Shown here piece after piece: positions 27,631 to 37,279 of a DNA stretch of 64,000 nucleotides. This DNA is from Prorocentrum cordatum. Taxonomy: Eukaryota. Position numbers and translations under genes: made by a program. The stretch lies in contig CAUYUJ010000235.1 in NCBI GenBank assembly GCA_963575745.1, positions 1 through 64,000 on the forward strand, read 5' to 3'. How positions within the stretch are numbered: the first letter of the stretch is position 1; each line of letters opens with the position of its first letter. Under the pieces are notes generated by a model that was given only the letters and a program-made list of their open reading frames with translations, was not told the origin of the DNA and searched no databases.

Positions 27631-27956
27631 CCCACGCGCGCCCGCGCATGCGCGATAGCCACCAGAGGGCGGACAGGAACGGAGCGGCGGATAACGACAA
27701 GAGCTCCAAGAATTGCCGGATACGGATTGGGGCGGAGGGCGCCTGATAGAGAAAGCGGCCCGCATCAGCCGCTTGAAAGGACATCGGCACCAGCTCGGAA
27801 ACGAATCGAATTACGAAAGGAACCAGAGCAGAGAAGAACGTCTCGGTCAGAGAGATGGCGCTCAACCAAGGCACGTCCGACCAGACGCGCGACGCGGCGC
27901 AGCAGGCGCAGCAATCTATCGGGGAACAACAACGACAGGGCGCATAACGACAACAC

Positions 27957-28900
27957 ATGCAGCTAGCTGGCGCGCCTGAGCTCACCAGGAAGCTCGGAGA
28001 GGCAGCGGGGAAATTAGCGGCGCCAGCGCCCATGCCGACGGCGCCGCAGCTGATCCAAGCGAAGGACACTGGCAAGTCACAGGCCTTCAAGAACGAAGAT
28101 TCGAAGTTCAGCGAGTTGCTGCAGAAGCTCGACAGCTATGTGCCCAGCGTTCGGGGTGAACGCCCGACCAGCGATCGAATTGGCCGCTGACTAGGCCAAC
28201 GATTCGGTGACGATCACCACCGCGGCGGCGGCGGCGCAGTCCATAGACGTCGCGGACCATGGGCGGGGGAAGCCGGCGAGGTGGACGAGAAGCTCTCGCA
28301 GCCCTATGCGGCGTTCATTTCGCCCATGGAAGGCGAGTCGTTCGAATTAGTGGTAAGTGCCGGCCGAGGCAATGGAGCAGGGGCCCTGCGTCTGCTGGCG
28401 CGATTCTGGGACCCCACAAGCGGCGGTCGCCGCCGAGTGCTGCTCACGAAGATCATGGCGCCCAGCCAGGTCGCGAAGCTTGAGAACTTGGCCGGAGATA
28501 TCGCGAAGTGGGAAGAGCTGATCAGGCGCCGCGAGAGGCGACGAGCCGACGGGCGAGACGCACGCCTCGACGATGAGGTCTAGATGAGTGCGCTCGAGAG
28601 TCTCGCGCCGCAACCGGACCCGATTCCAGGACTATCCGTCCATGCGTGACCAGGTCAGCAGTTTCTTAGAGACTCGACGAGCCCAAGGGGCCCTCGGTCG
28701 AGCTCGGGGGGGCCCGATGGAAGTCGACGCGCTCGCGAGGGGCGGCGAAGGGCGAGACGGCGAAGGCAAGGGCAAGGACAACAATGGCAACGGCAGAGGT
28801 ACGACGAACGACCCGAGCTCAACGTGCAGAAATTGCGGGAAGAAAGGTCACCGAGCTGCTAACTGTTGGAAGCCGAAAGACAAGGGACCGAGCAAATCTA
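27957..28900 (+). pseudogene. gag: gag remnant with CCHC zinc knuckle
   Basis: Fragments GNGAGALRLLARFWDP, DIAKWEELIRR and GPMEVDAL, plus CRNCGKKGHRAANC (CX2CX4HX4C, 28825-28866). Split by stops and frameshifts. Confidence 0.85.
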
Positions 28901-29129
28901 ACGGCCAAGAACTACGGCGAGGGCGCGATGGGCCGAGCACGCCAACAGATCGGCCTTCGCCGATGCAACCCCCGCAACCTCGGGGGCGAGGCGCAGAGCA
29001 CCGCCAGCGCGCAGTTGCCCGCCTCGGCCCCGCAGGCCGGCAGGTGCAACCAGTCGGCTGCCATTCTGGGCTTCGACGCCTTCGAGCGCGTCCTCGACCA
29101 GAACAGCGCAGAGGCGAAGGACGCGAAGC

Positions 29130-29560
29130 ACCACCGCGAGAACATTACTATGACCGACGACACCAGCGCCGCGGCGACAGCCTTCCCGTTCGCGCGGGAG
29201 GGCGAGCGCAGCGAGCCCGACGGCAGCTCCCACCGAGCGGGCACGGGCGAGATTGTAGAGGACGAGGGCGGCATCGACACCATCGGAATGTCGGGGCGCG
29301 ACGAGCGCGTGCTCCTGATGGGCAGGCGCGCGAGCACCGGGGGGCCGCTCCTGTCTGCCTCGGCTATTGCCACGAAAAGCCACTTCACCAAGATCGGCGC
29401 CTTCGGTGGCCACATCCTGAAGGACAGCGAGTTCGCCGAGGGGATCCACCAGGTGATCGACCATTACGTGGCCGAGGAGAATGAGGGCATCGCGCCGCTG
29501 CACCTGCAGGGCGGCGTCTACAAGATGGACGCGCTGGTAGACGTTCCGAAGCCGGCTGCC
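29130..29560 (+). pseudogene. Retropepsin-like aspartic protease remnant
   Basis: ITMTDDTSAAATAFP (D at 29159; DTG degenerated to DTS), followed by AGTGEIVEDEG, PLLSASAI and GGVYKMD, in the expected position after gag. Confidence 0.7.
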
Positions 29561-29789
29561 TCGTCGGAGTTAGCGGCGGCCGACCTCTGCCCTTGGGCGC
29601 CGTCGAGCGCGGGCCCTCGCAGCTGCCGGGCGCGCCTCCGCTGGGGCCGACCGCGAGACCGACGGCGGCAGCTGCGGGGGGCCGAGATCCCGCCCCCCGA
29701 GAAGCTGAAGACGGCCAAGGGATCAGGGGTGACGAAGACTACGACGGCCGCCCCGAGGAAGTTGCGCCGGCAAAGGTTCAGGGGCGCAC

Positions 29790-30880
29790 GAAACCACCGA
29801 CACGGGCCGAGGTGGGTCAACGCGAAGCTCCGGGCCGCGCCGCGTTCAGAGATCGGCGCGAAGTTTGCCGCGCCGCCAGAGGACTCGGACAACCGCGCGA
29901 GCTACAAGCTGGACCGCGTGAAAGCGCAGACCCCGTCACGGCCATCGACTTGACATTCGCGGGCGAGAAGACCCGCGGTGGGGGCGAGGACCAGGGGGGC
30001 ATTTTCCCGATGCGAGTGGCCAGAGATACCGAGGCGAAATTGCCCCACTCGTCTGCTATTCCACGCGAGAAGGTCAGTAATTGCCTGATCGAGATCCTGA
30101 TGGGCTTCATCCGGCACCTCGGCAAACGCGGGCCCATCTTCCAGATTGACGGGGAGCCCGCGATCGCGGCTCTCAAGGCGGCGGTTGCGGCGGCGGCTTC
30201 GACGGCGTAGTTCCCGCCGCGAGAATCGCCAGCAGGAGAACGCCAAAGCCATGGAGGCATCGAAGGTGAGGCGCGAGAAGTCAGGGCGAACAGGTGCGCG
30301 CTGGAGGCCAAGCTCGGCAAGAAGGTGGATGGCGCGCATTGGAGTGGCTGCCGCGGCGCGCCGCAGCCCGTTTCGGCCGGCACCGACGCGAAACGAACGT
30401 CTCACTGGAGAGCGGCGGCGCCCAGGCAGCGACTGGACAAAGTTGGAGGCGCAGGTCGGCGAGCGGGCGATGCGCGGGCCGCTCGCGCCAGGAGGTCACA
30501 GGAGCACCATGCAGGAGCGCATGATGTCTGGGAACTTCTTGGGCTACCACACGCGGACGGTGGCCCTGCTCGCCGCGGCGGTCGACGGCGCGGAGAAGGC
30601 CCACGGTTTCGCGACGTTGCCGAAGGAGCGGGCCTGGGACGACAAGGGCTGGGGCGCTCTTCGAGGAGTTCCCTGGGCCACCCGCCCAGGAGAGGAGGCG
30701 CCCACCCAGGCGCGCGCGCCGGCGGCGGCTACCGCGAGGATGGAGCCGCGAGCTCCGCGAGCAAGGTGCATCCTGCGCCGCGACGCTGCGAAGTGCGGAG
30801 CCACTTCAGGTTTCCCCGAGCGTCTGGATTCGACGCAGAATGAAAGTTTCTCAGCGCGGAGTGCCGCGACAGGATCGCGG
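29790..30880 (+). pseudogene. Copia integrase remnant (HHCC + DDE)
   Basis: Degenerate HHCC finger QREAPGRAAFRDRREVC (29818-29868); D in AIDLTF (29947); D in QIDGEPAI (30148); E in QSHGGIE (30262), in frame 38 codons later across a TAG at 30208; downstream GNFLGY motif. Confidence 0.85.
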
Positions 30881-31494
30881 AGCTGAGGATGGGCGGCCCT
30901 GGGGTTAGGGCGCGAGTTACCGAGCGCCACTTTCGAGCAGAGGAAAAACCGGTGCCTGGCCGAGGTGCTCGAGATCAACCGGCAGCTGGAGACGGAGGCC
31001 AGGCCCCCGCCCCAAAGCCGAAGGGCGCCGCGATAGCAGCAGCGCCTGCCGGAGGCGGCGGAAGCAGCCCGAGCGCTGGCAAGAAGCGCCGAGTTGTCGC
31101 ATCCGATCCTGGGCGAGCCACCCGGGCATGAGGAGATGCGCCGGGAAGGACAGCGCCCGGAGTTGCAGAGACCCGCCTCGTACTTCAGCGAGGGACACCC
31201 ATCGAGGAGACGCAGATGCACGCGGAGGACCTGGTCGACGCGCCCATGCCCCAGGCATCGCCAGCGAGCGCGGCATCTGCGTCGGCGTCGTTTGCGAGAC
31301 CGAGCTCGACACAAGGCAGACCAATGGATGCGGATCTGCTGGAGAAGATCAACGGCTACGACAAGGGCGGCACGTTTGCCGAGATTTACCGTTTGGTGAC
31401 ATTTGAGATGCGTTCGTACGCCAACATCAACAGCATCGATCAGTACCCAGAGCAGGCTGAGGAGATCGCGTCGCCGCGTACCGAGATGTGTGCC

Positions 31495-32165
31495 GTAGAC
31501 ATCGCGCGGATAAGCTCGCCGAGGAAGTTTGCCGAGATGGCGCCAAGGTACGGCCTCGCGCACAGCCTGGCGGTGGACATCGAGACTGGTCGGGATCTAC
31601 GACTACCTGAGCAACGCAAGGAGTGCAATAATCATCTGAGAGAGGAAGACCCACTGCTCGCGATCACTAGCCCGCCGCGCACGCCATTCACCAGACTGCG
31701 CAAGTTCTCGGACTGGAAGCGCGATCCGAATATCGTGGAGGCAGAAGTCCTGGAGGGCGAAACACACCTCAACTTTAACATGGAGGCCTGCAAAGAGCGC
31801 CACAAGGCAGGATGGTTATTTTGTCACGAGGCACATTGGTCAGCGAGCAGCTGGTACCGCCCCGCCAGAGCGTTCAGGAAGTTATGCAGTTGGCAAATGT
31901 GTTCTGAGTCCATGGACCTATGTGCCGCTGGCAAATGCAGGCGATTGGTGCCGACGGGAAGCCGGGCTTCCTTCGGAAGGAGACCGGGTGGCTCACCAAC
32001 AGTGAGCTGCTCGCAAGATCCTCGAGGGCTACTGCGAGTTTCCCGGAGGTCCGAACGGAGCACGACCTCGCCATGTTCACTTGGTCGACCGACGCGCAAG
32101 ACACGCGCGGCGGGATCCTCCCAACTTGGTGGCGGCCATATTGAAAGGCCTGAGAGAGAAGCTTC
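31495..32165 (+). pseudogene. C5 cytosine DNA methyltransferase-like domain inside pol
   Basis: Ordered motifs: VDIARISSPR (motif I-like), AVDIETGRDL, PLLAITSPPRTPF (motif IV SPPC; Cys codon now CGC at 31678), WLFCHEAHWSASSW (motif VI-like E at 31828), MCRW...RKETGWLTNS (motif VIII region, after a frameshift), PPNLVAAILKGL (motif X-like). Assignment is by motif recognition only. Confidence 0.65.
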
Positions 32166-32254
32166 GACGACGCGAAGGCCACACCACCCCGGCAACGCTT
32201 TGTGAGAGACCCCATCCACGCGAGGAGTGCACAGAGGTGCTCGCTGAGTACCAG

Positions 32255-33220
32255 GACGATTACTTCTTGACGATCTCACGGGCGACGTTCTCCACTCCGA
32301 GGGCGCGCAAGCTGCGAGGCAGGAAGAACTGGGGCGGTGCCGCGGAAGGCAGATATGGCAGAAGGTACCCAAGCGAGGCATGCTCATGAAAGGCAAGAAC
32401 GCAGCGACCCTACAGTGGATCGAGACGAACAAGGGCGAACGGACTCAACCACGATGTCGTTCGAGGCTGGTTGCGAGGGAGATCAAGTAGGCGGTGAGGT
32501 CAGAAGATCGACCGGATCAAGCTGAGCTGGTCTCGGCCGTACCCCCGATAGATGCGTTCAAGGCAATGGGGGCGCGTGAACAACGCCGACCATGATGGCG
32601 ACGCCGAGGTGGTCATTTACAAGTTGTGTGACATTTCGAGGGCGCATTTCTATTGCGAGGTCAACCGCGAGGTGTACGAGGAGCTACCCGAGGAGGAGAC
32701 CCACGACGATCCCGAGATGATGGTGGGCAAGCTACTCAAGACGTTACGCGGCACAGTAGATGCCAGCCACGTTTGGCAACACGACTACATAGGCTTGACA
32801 AGTTCACATGGTTTCCAGAAAAGCATTTCGGACCCTGCGCTATTCTACCATGCCGAGCGCCACGTGCAAGCGGAGGTCCACGGCGACGACTCCGGCGCGA
32901 TAACGAAGAAGTCCTAGGGGAGTGGTTCGACGATGTGCTGCCTCGCTACGGATTCAAGGTCACGGGTAGCCCGAGCAGCAAGCCGCTGAAGGAGCAGAGC
33001 GTGGCGCGCCTCAACCGGGCGCTGGCCTGGGGCCCTTTTCGAGCGTTCGGCATGCTTCGAGGCGGACACCTGGCACGCGAAGAAGGCGGTCAGGGACCTG
33101 GGGCTGGAGAACGCCGAAGCTGGGCGACGAGGAGACCAAGACCTACCGCGGCATGACCATGAGGAATATGCACCTGAGTATGGACAGACCCGACAGCAGC
33201 TACAGCGCGAGCATGCAGGC
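32255..33220 (+). pseudogene. Copia reverse transcriptase remnant
   Basis: WIETNKG (32416), RSRLVAREIK, CDISRAHFY, LLKTLRGTVDASHVWQ, DPALFYH, VHGDD (~32876-32890). Stops and frameshifts present. Confidence 0.92.
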
Positions 33221-33324
33221 CAGACACACGAAGGAGCCGAAGGATACCAATGTAGAAGACCTGAAGCGCATCGTCCGCCTCTTGAGAAGTACCCCGCAGG
33301 AAGGGTGCTGTTTCCACGAAGCCG

Positions 33325-34084
33325 CTGTCCATTGCGACAGCGACTACGAGGGCGGCCCGATTGCGAGACGTTCTCGAAGCGGAATGTCGATATTATGGGG
33401 ATCGCATTTGCTGAAACGCAGCGGCACGGCCCAATCCACGGTGAGTTTGAGCAGCGGCGAAGCCGAGTAAGACACGAAGGAGCCGAAGGATACCAATGTG
33501 GAAGACCTGAAGCGCATCGTCCGCTTCTTGAAGAAGTACCCCGCAGGAGGGGTGCTGTTTCCCGCGCAGACGCCGCCGACGAAGGCGCTGTCCACTGCGA
33601 CAGCGACTACGCGGGCGGCCCGATTGCGCGACGTTCTCGATGCGGAATGTCAATATTATGGGGATCACATTTGCTGAAACGTGGCGGCGCGGCCCAATCC
33701 ACGGTGAGTTTGAACAGTGGCGAAGCCGAGTACCATGCACTATTGCGCGGAGCCTGCCACGATTGTGGAGCGCAGGCGACGCTGGCCGACCTCAGGGTCG
33801 AGGTAGACTACGAGATTGAGCTTTACATGTTCAGCGACAGCTCAGCCGCAAGAGGAATTGCATGCCGGCAGGGACTGGGAGCTGTACGACACCTGGGCGT
33901 TCGATTATTTTGGTTCCAAGATCGAATCCAGAGCAAGAGGCCGACGCTGAAGACGGCCGCAGGGCACTGGATCCCCGCGGACCTGTTCACCAAGGCCCTC
34001 GATCAGGACGCGATAGAGCGGCTGCTGAATCTGATCTGGTTCATGATGAAGACCAGCGGCAGCGACAGGCACCGCAGACAGTGA
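33325..34084 (+). pseudogene. Copia RNase H remnant, partly duplicated
   Basis: CDSDYAGGPIARRSRCG, QSTVSLNSGEAEYHA, SDSSAARGIACRQGLGAVRHL, PADLFTKAL. A ~250 bp tandem duplication spans 33226-33469 / 33473-33732. Confidence 0.92.
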
Positions 34085-34194
34085 TGACGCCGGCTGTTTG
34101 CCGGCGAGGTCTCGTGGAAAAGATCGAGCCGCTGACCTCCTTGGCTGTCGCCCTCCGCCTCCGCCCAGTCGCGGCGCCAAAGGCCGAGGAGGGG

Positions 34195-34393
34195 TGTTAT
34201 GTTTTTTTTTTGTTTTTCTAGGGGGCGGCGCGCAGTTCAGGAGAGTATTGCAACTTGACGGAGTTTCGGATTTGATCTAGAACGGAGTTTAGGATGAGAG
34301 AAAAACTTTGGATATTTCGGAGCTCCGCCCGTAGTCCATCGTGTTCCAAATGGGCAAGAATTTTTAGATTTGTCAACCCCCGCTGCGACCAAC
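34195..34393 (+). repeat. 3' LTR of the copia element
   Basis: Starts TG directly after the purine tract at 34186-34194. ctagggggcggcgcgcagttcaggaga...aacggagtttaggatgagaga...cgcccgtagtccatcgtg matches the 5' LTR. Confidence 0.8.
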
Positions 34394-34399
34394 CATCCG

Positions 34400-34850
34400 G
34401 GGAGTCATCGTGACAACCACTGGGACAACACATTCGGGACAACACAATCGGGACAACAGTCGGGACAAGCATCGGGACAACAGTCGGGACAACTATTAAG
34501 ACAACCACATGACATCCTTGGGACAACCACAGGACACCCATCGGGACAACGATCGGGACAAACATCGTTACAACTAGCTATTGGGAAACAACCACGGGAC
34601 AAACACAGGACAATTATGGGACAGCCGCGGGATAACCATCGGGACAAACATCGGGACAACCATCGTGACAACCGTCAGGGAAATCATCGGGAAAACCACG
34701 GGACAACCACGGGATCACCACGGGACAGCCACGGGACAACCACAGGATAATCACGGGCTTCCCACGGAATAGACAGTGTGACAACAGACCTCGGGGACAA
34801 CTGTGGGGACAACCATGGGACAACCACGGGGCAACCATGGGACAACCACG
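34400..34850. repeat. GGGACAAC(CAC/CATC) minisatellite
   Basis: Degenerate 11-12-mer units abutting the 3' LTR. Confidence 0.85.
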
Positions 34851-35378
34851 GAACCTCAGTTCGGGCCAGCGGAGGGGGGAAGCAGCAAAGGATTGCAACG
34901 GGTAGTTGAATTGTGTGAAAAAAGAGAAAGAGAAAGAGAGAGAGAGAGTCAACAAAATGAATAATACCAGGTTCTTTATATTTCGGTGTGTGCGGTTTTC
35001 AGGGGGCACCAGAATATGCTATGGTTGGTGCCGCGGGCGCCCCAGCTGACAGCAGAACGGAGGTATCACTCGAGAGAGAGAGAGAGAAGACAGGAGACAG
35101 GGCAATGAAGAGAGAGAGAGAGAGGGAGGGATATAGAAGACTAGAGACGCTCGCTAGACAGCAGTACAGCACGACCTTCTATCTTTGCACCCTGAACGAG
35201 GGCCATCGGATTTGTGACGTGATTCCCTCCGACGACGGCAAGGCTGTCCGACGGATGATTTGGAGCCTGTGTTATGCATTGGCGAGACGGGAGAGCATTT
35301 GGAGGAAGCAGAGCGTTCGAGGCAGGCAGGGTTTGGCCATGGGATTGTCGTTTCTACTCAGGTCCGCCGCAGTGATGG

Positions 35379-35593
35379 CTTCGGTAGCAAGTAATGGGAG
35401 CTTTGCGTACCCTCGCAATTCTGTCTTTAGCGTCGATTGGCGTCGATTAGCTTCTGGGAGTCGATAAGATAGCTTCGGCTAGCGCCGATTAGCGTCGATC
35501 TAGCGTCAATCAGCGTCGATTTAGCGTCGATTGTCGTCGATTCGCAAGAGCCGACAAGATGGTATGGGAGGCTCTGGTGAGTTGCCACCGAAG
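35379..35593. mobile_element. MITE M5, copy 1
   Basis: TIR cttcggtagcaa / ttgccaccgaag; internal gcgtcgatt repeats; gtccgccgcagt duplicated on both flanks (35362 and 35594). Confidence 0.75.
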
Positions 35594-35800
35594 GTCCGCC
35601 GCAGTCGGAATCGCGGCGCCGCAGCGATGGCTGATCGAACGAGCGGCGGTCACGCGACCGACTTGCCGAGTATATCTTTGTGGTCTGCCCACGCCCCACG
35701 CTTCAGCCCGCGCGGCTCGGCTGCACCGTGCCGGGGCGGGGAAGAGCGGCAGTGCCGGTCGGGGGGGTGGGGAAGGAACGGCGGAGGAGCGCACAGCAGG

Positions 35801-36027
35801 CTTCGGTAGCAAATCATGGGAGCCTGGCATACTCTCCCAATTCCGTCTTTGGCATCGATTCGCGTCCAGGGGTCGATGAGATAGCGCCGATAAAGCGTCG
35901 GTCAGCGTCGACCAGCCTCGATTTAGCATCGACCAGCGTCGATTCAGCGTCGATTTGGCGTCGATCGGCGTCGATTCGCAAGAGCCGACAGGGAGGTATG
36001 GGAGGCCCCCATGAATTCCCACCGAAG
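35801..36027. mobile_element. MITE M5, copy 2
   Basis: Colinear with copy 1; abutting 32-bp direct repeats at 35769-35800 and 36028-36059 (2 mismatches). Confidence 0.8.
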
Positions 36028-37101
36028 GGGGGAGGAACGGCGGAGGAGCGCAAAGCAGGTGGGGGGGGGAGACAGACGGCGGCAGACGAGGGGAGGAGGG
36101 CCCTCCTCACGCTACGCGGCTGCGCCTCCCTTGGTGCGCCGCCGCCCCTGCGGCACGCCAGCGGCACGCGGCGGAGCGGAGGGACGGGCAGGGAAGGGCG
36201 AGGCGGGGCCCGCAGAAGAGGGCGGCTGGTGGAGGCGGCGGCGGGCGAGGGCGCGTGCGGGGAGGCCAGGGGGGCGAAGAAGCCGGAGGGCTCTCGAGCT
36301 GTGACTGCGCGGTCAATGTCTTGCCAGGCTTTTTGGGACGTGTGTGGGGTGTCTTCCAGGTGCGGGCCGCGTCGGCGGCGGAGAGCGCGGCAGGTGTGCG
36401 TGTGTGAACGTGTGTGTGTGTGTGTGGATTTGTGGTGTGTGTTGTGTGCTGTGTGTGCTGTGTGTGTTGTGTGTGTTGTGTGTTGTGTGTGTGTTGTGTG
36501 TGTGTTGTGTGTGGTTTGTGCTGTGTGTGCTGTATGTTGTGTGTTGTGTGTTGTGTGATCTGTGGTGCTGGTGTGTGTTTGCCTTTTCCGCCGGAGCAGT
36601 CGCCCTCTGCTCAGACGCAAACAGTGTGTGTGTGTGTGTGTCTGTGTGTCTATGTGTCTTTGTGTGTGTGCCTGTGTCTGTGTCTGTGTGCACGCGCGCC
36701 TGTCTACGGCAAGCCTTGCGACCGAACATGTGCGCGGAATGGCGTGGCACCGACCCTGCTCTCAGCGCTCGCCCGCTCTCGCGCCTGCTCTCGTGCGCCG
36801 GTGCGGCTCCTCGGCGCCTCTGTGCTTGTTCTGTTGCCAGATGTTCGACCTCATGGGCAACGCCGCCTCGAGTTTCCGCGTCGCCGTGTCCCAGAAGGGC
36901 GGATCCAAAGCTTCGCAGGAGCTGGAGGTTCCGTGATTGCAGTCCGCGGGTGCAGTGTGTGTGGTTCGCCGGCTGCCGCGCGTGATTGTCGAAGCACGTT
37001 GTCGTTGTTGCGGTCGGCCGCCTGCCCGCAGTTCCATTGTTGACAGCGTGTTTCAGATTGTTTTGTTGAGAGGCCGACATGCGTTATAGATGGGAGATAT
37101 A

Positions 37102-37279
37102 CTCCAGAGTTCGTAATAAAAGGGAGGGGGTCTGGACCCTCCAAGACAAGCCATTTCAGACCTCCCCCGTGGGAGAACCCTCCAAACCATCGTCCCCAGA
37201 CCCCCCAGGCCCTCCAAGATAGCCTGGAAGAGACCCCCCCAGAAATGAGACCCCCCTCCCTTTATTACGAAATCTGGAG
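37102..37279. mobile_element. Stowaway/Tc1-mariner-like MITE M2, copy 2
   Basis: TA-CTCCAG...CTGGAG-TA. The interior is the reverse complement of 1245-1425. Confidence 0.85.

Larger units (their letters stand above)
27427..34393 (+). mobile_element. Decayed Ty1/copia LTR retrotransposon with an extra DNMT-like domain
   Basis: Two homologous direct repeats starting with TG (27427 and 34195). A purine tract GAGGAGGGG lies immediately before the 3' LTR. Internal remnants follow the copia order gag-PR-INT-(extra domain)-RT-RNase H, with many stops and frameshifts. The LTR 3' boundary and TSD could not be resolved. Confidence 0.93.

Noticed and set aside
27590..27660. tRNA primer-binding site and TSD for the copia
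   Set aside because: No clear TGG-initiated tRNA complement adjacent to a defined LTR end, and no matching 4-6 bp flanks could be identified.
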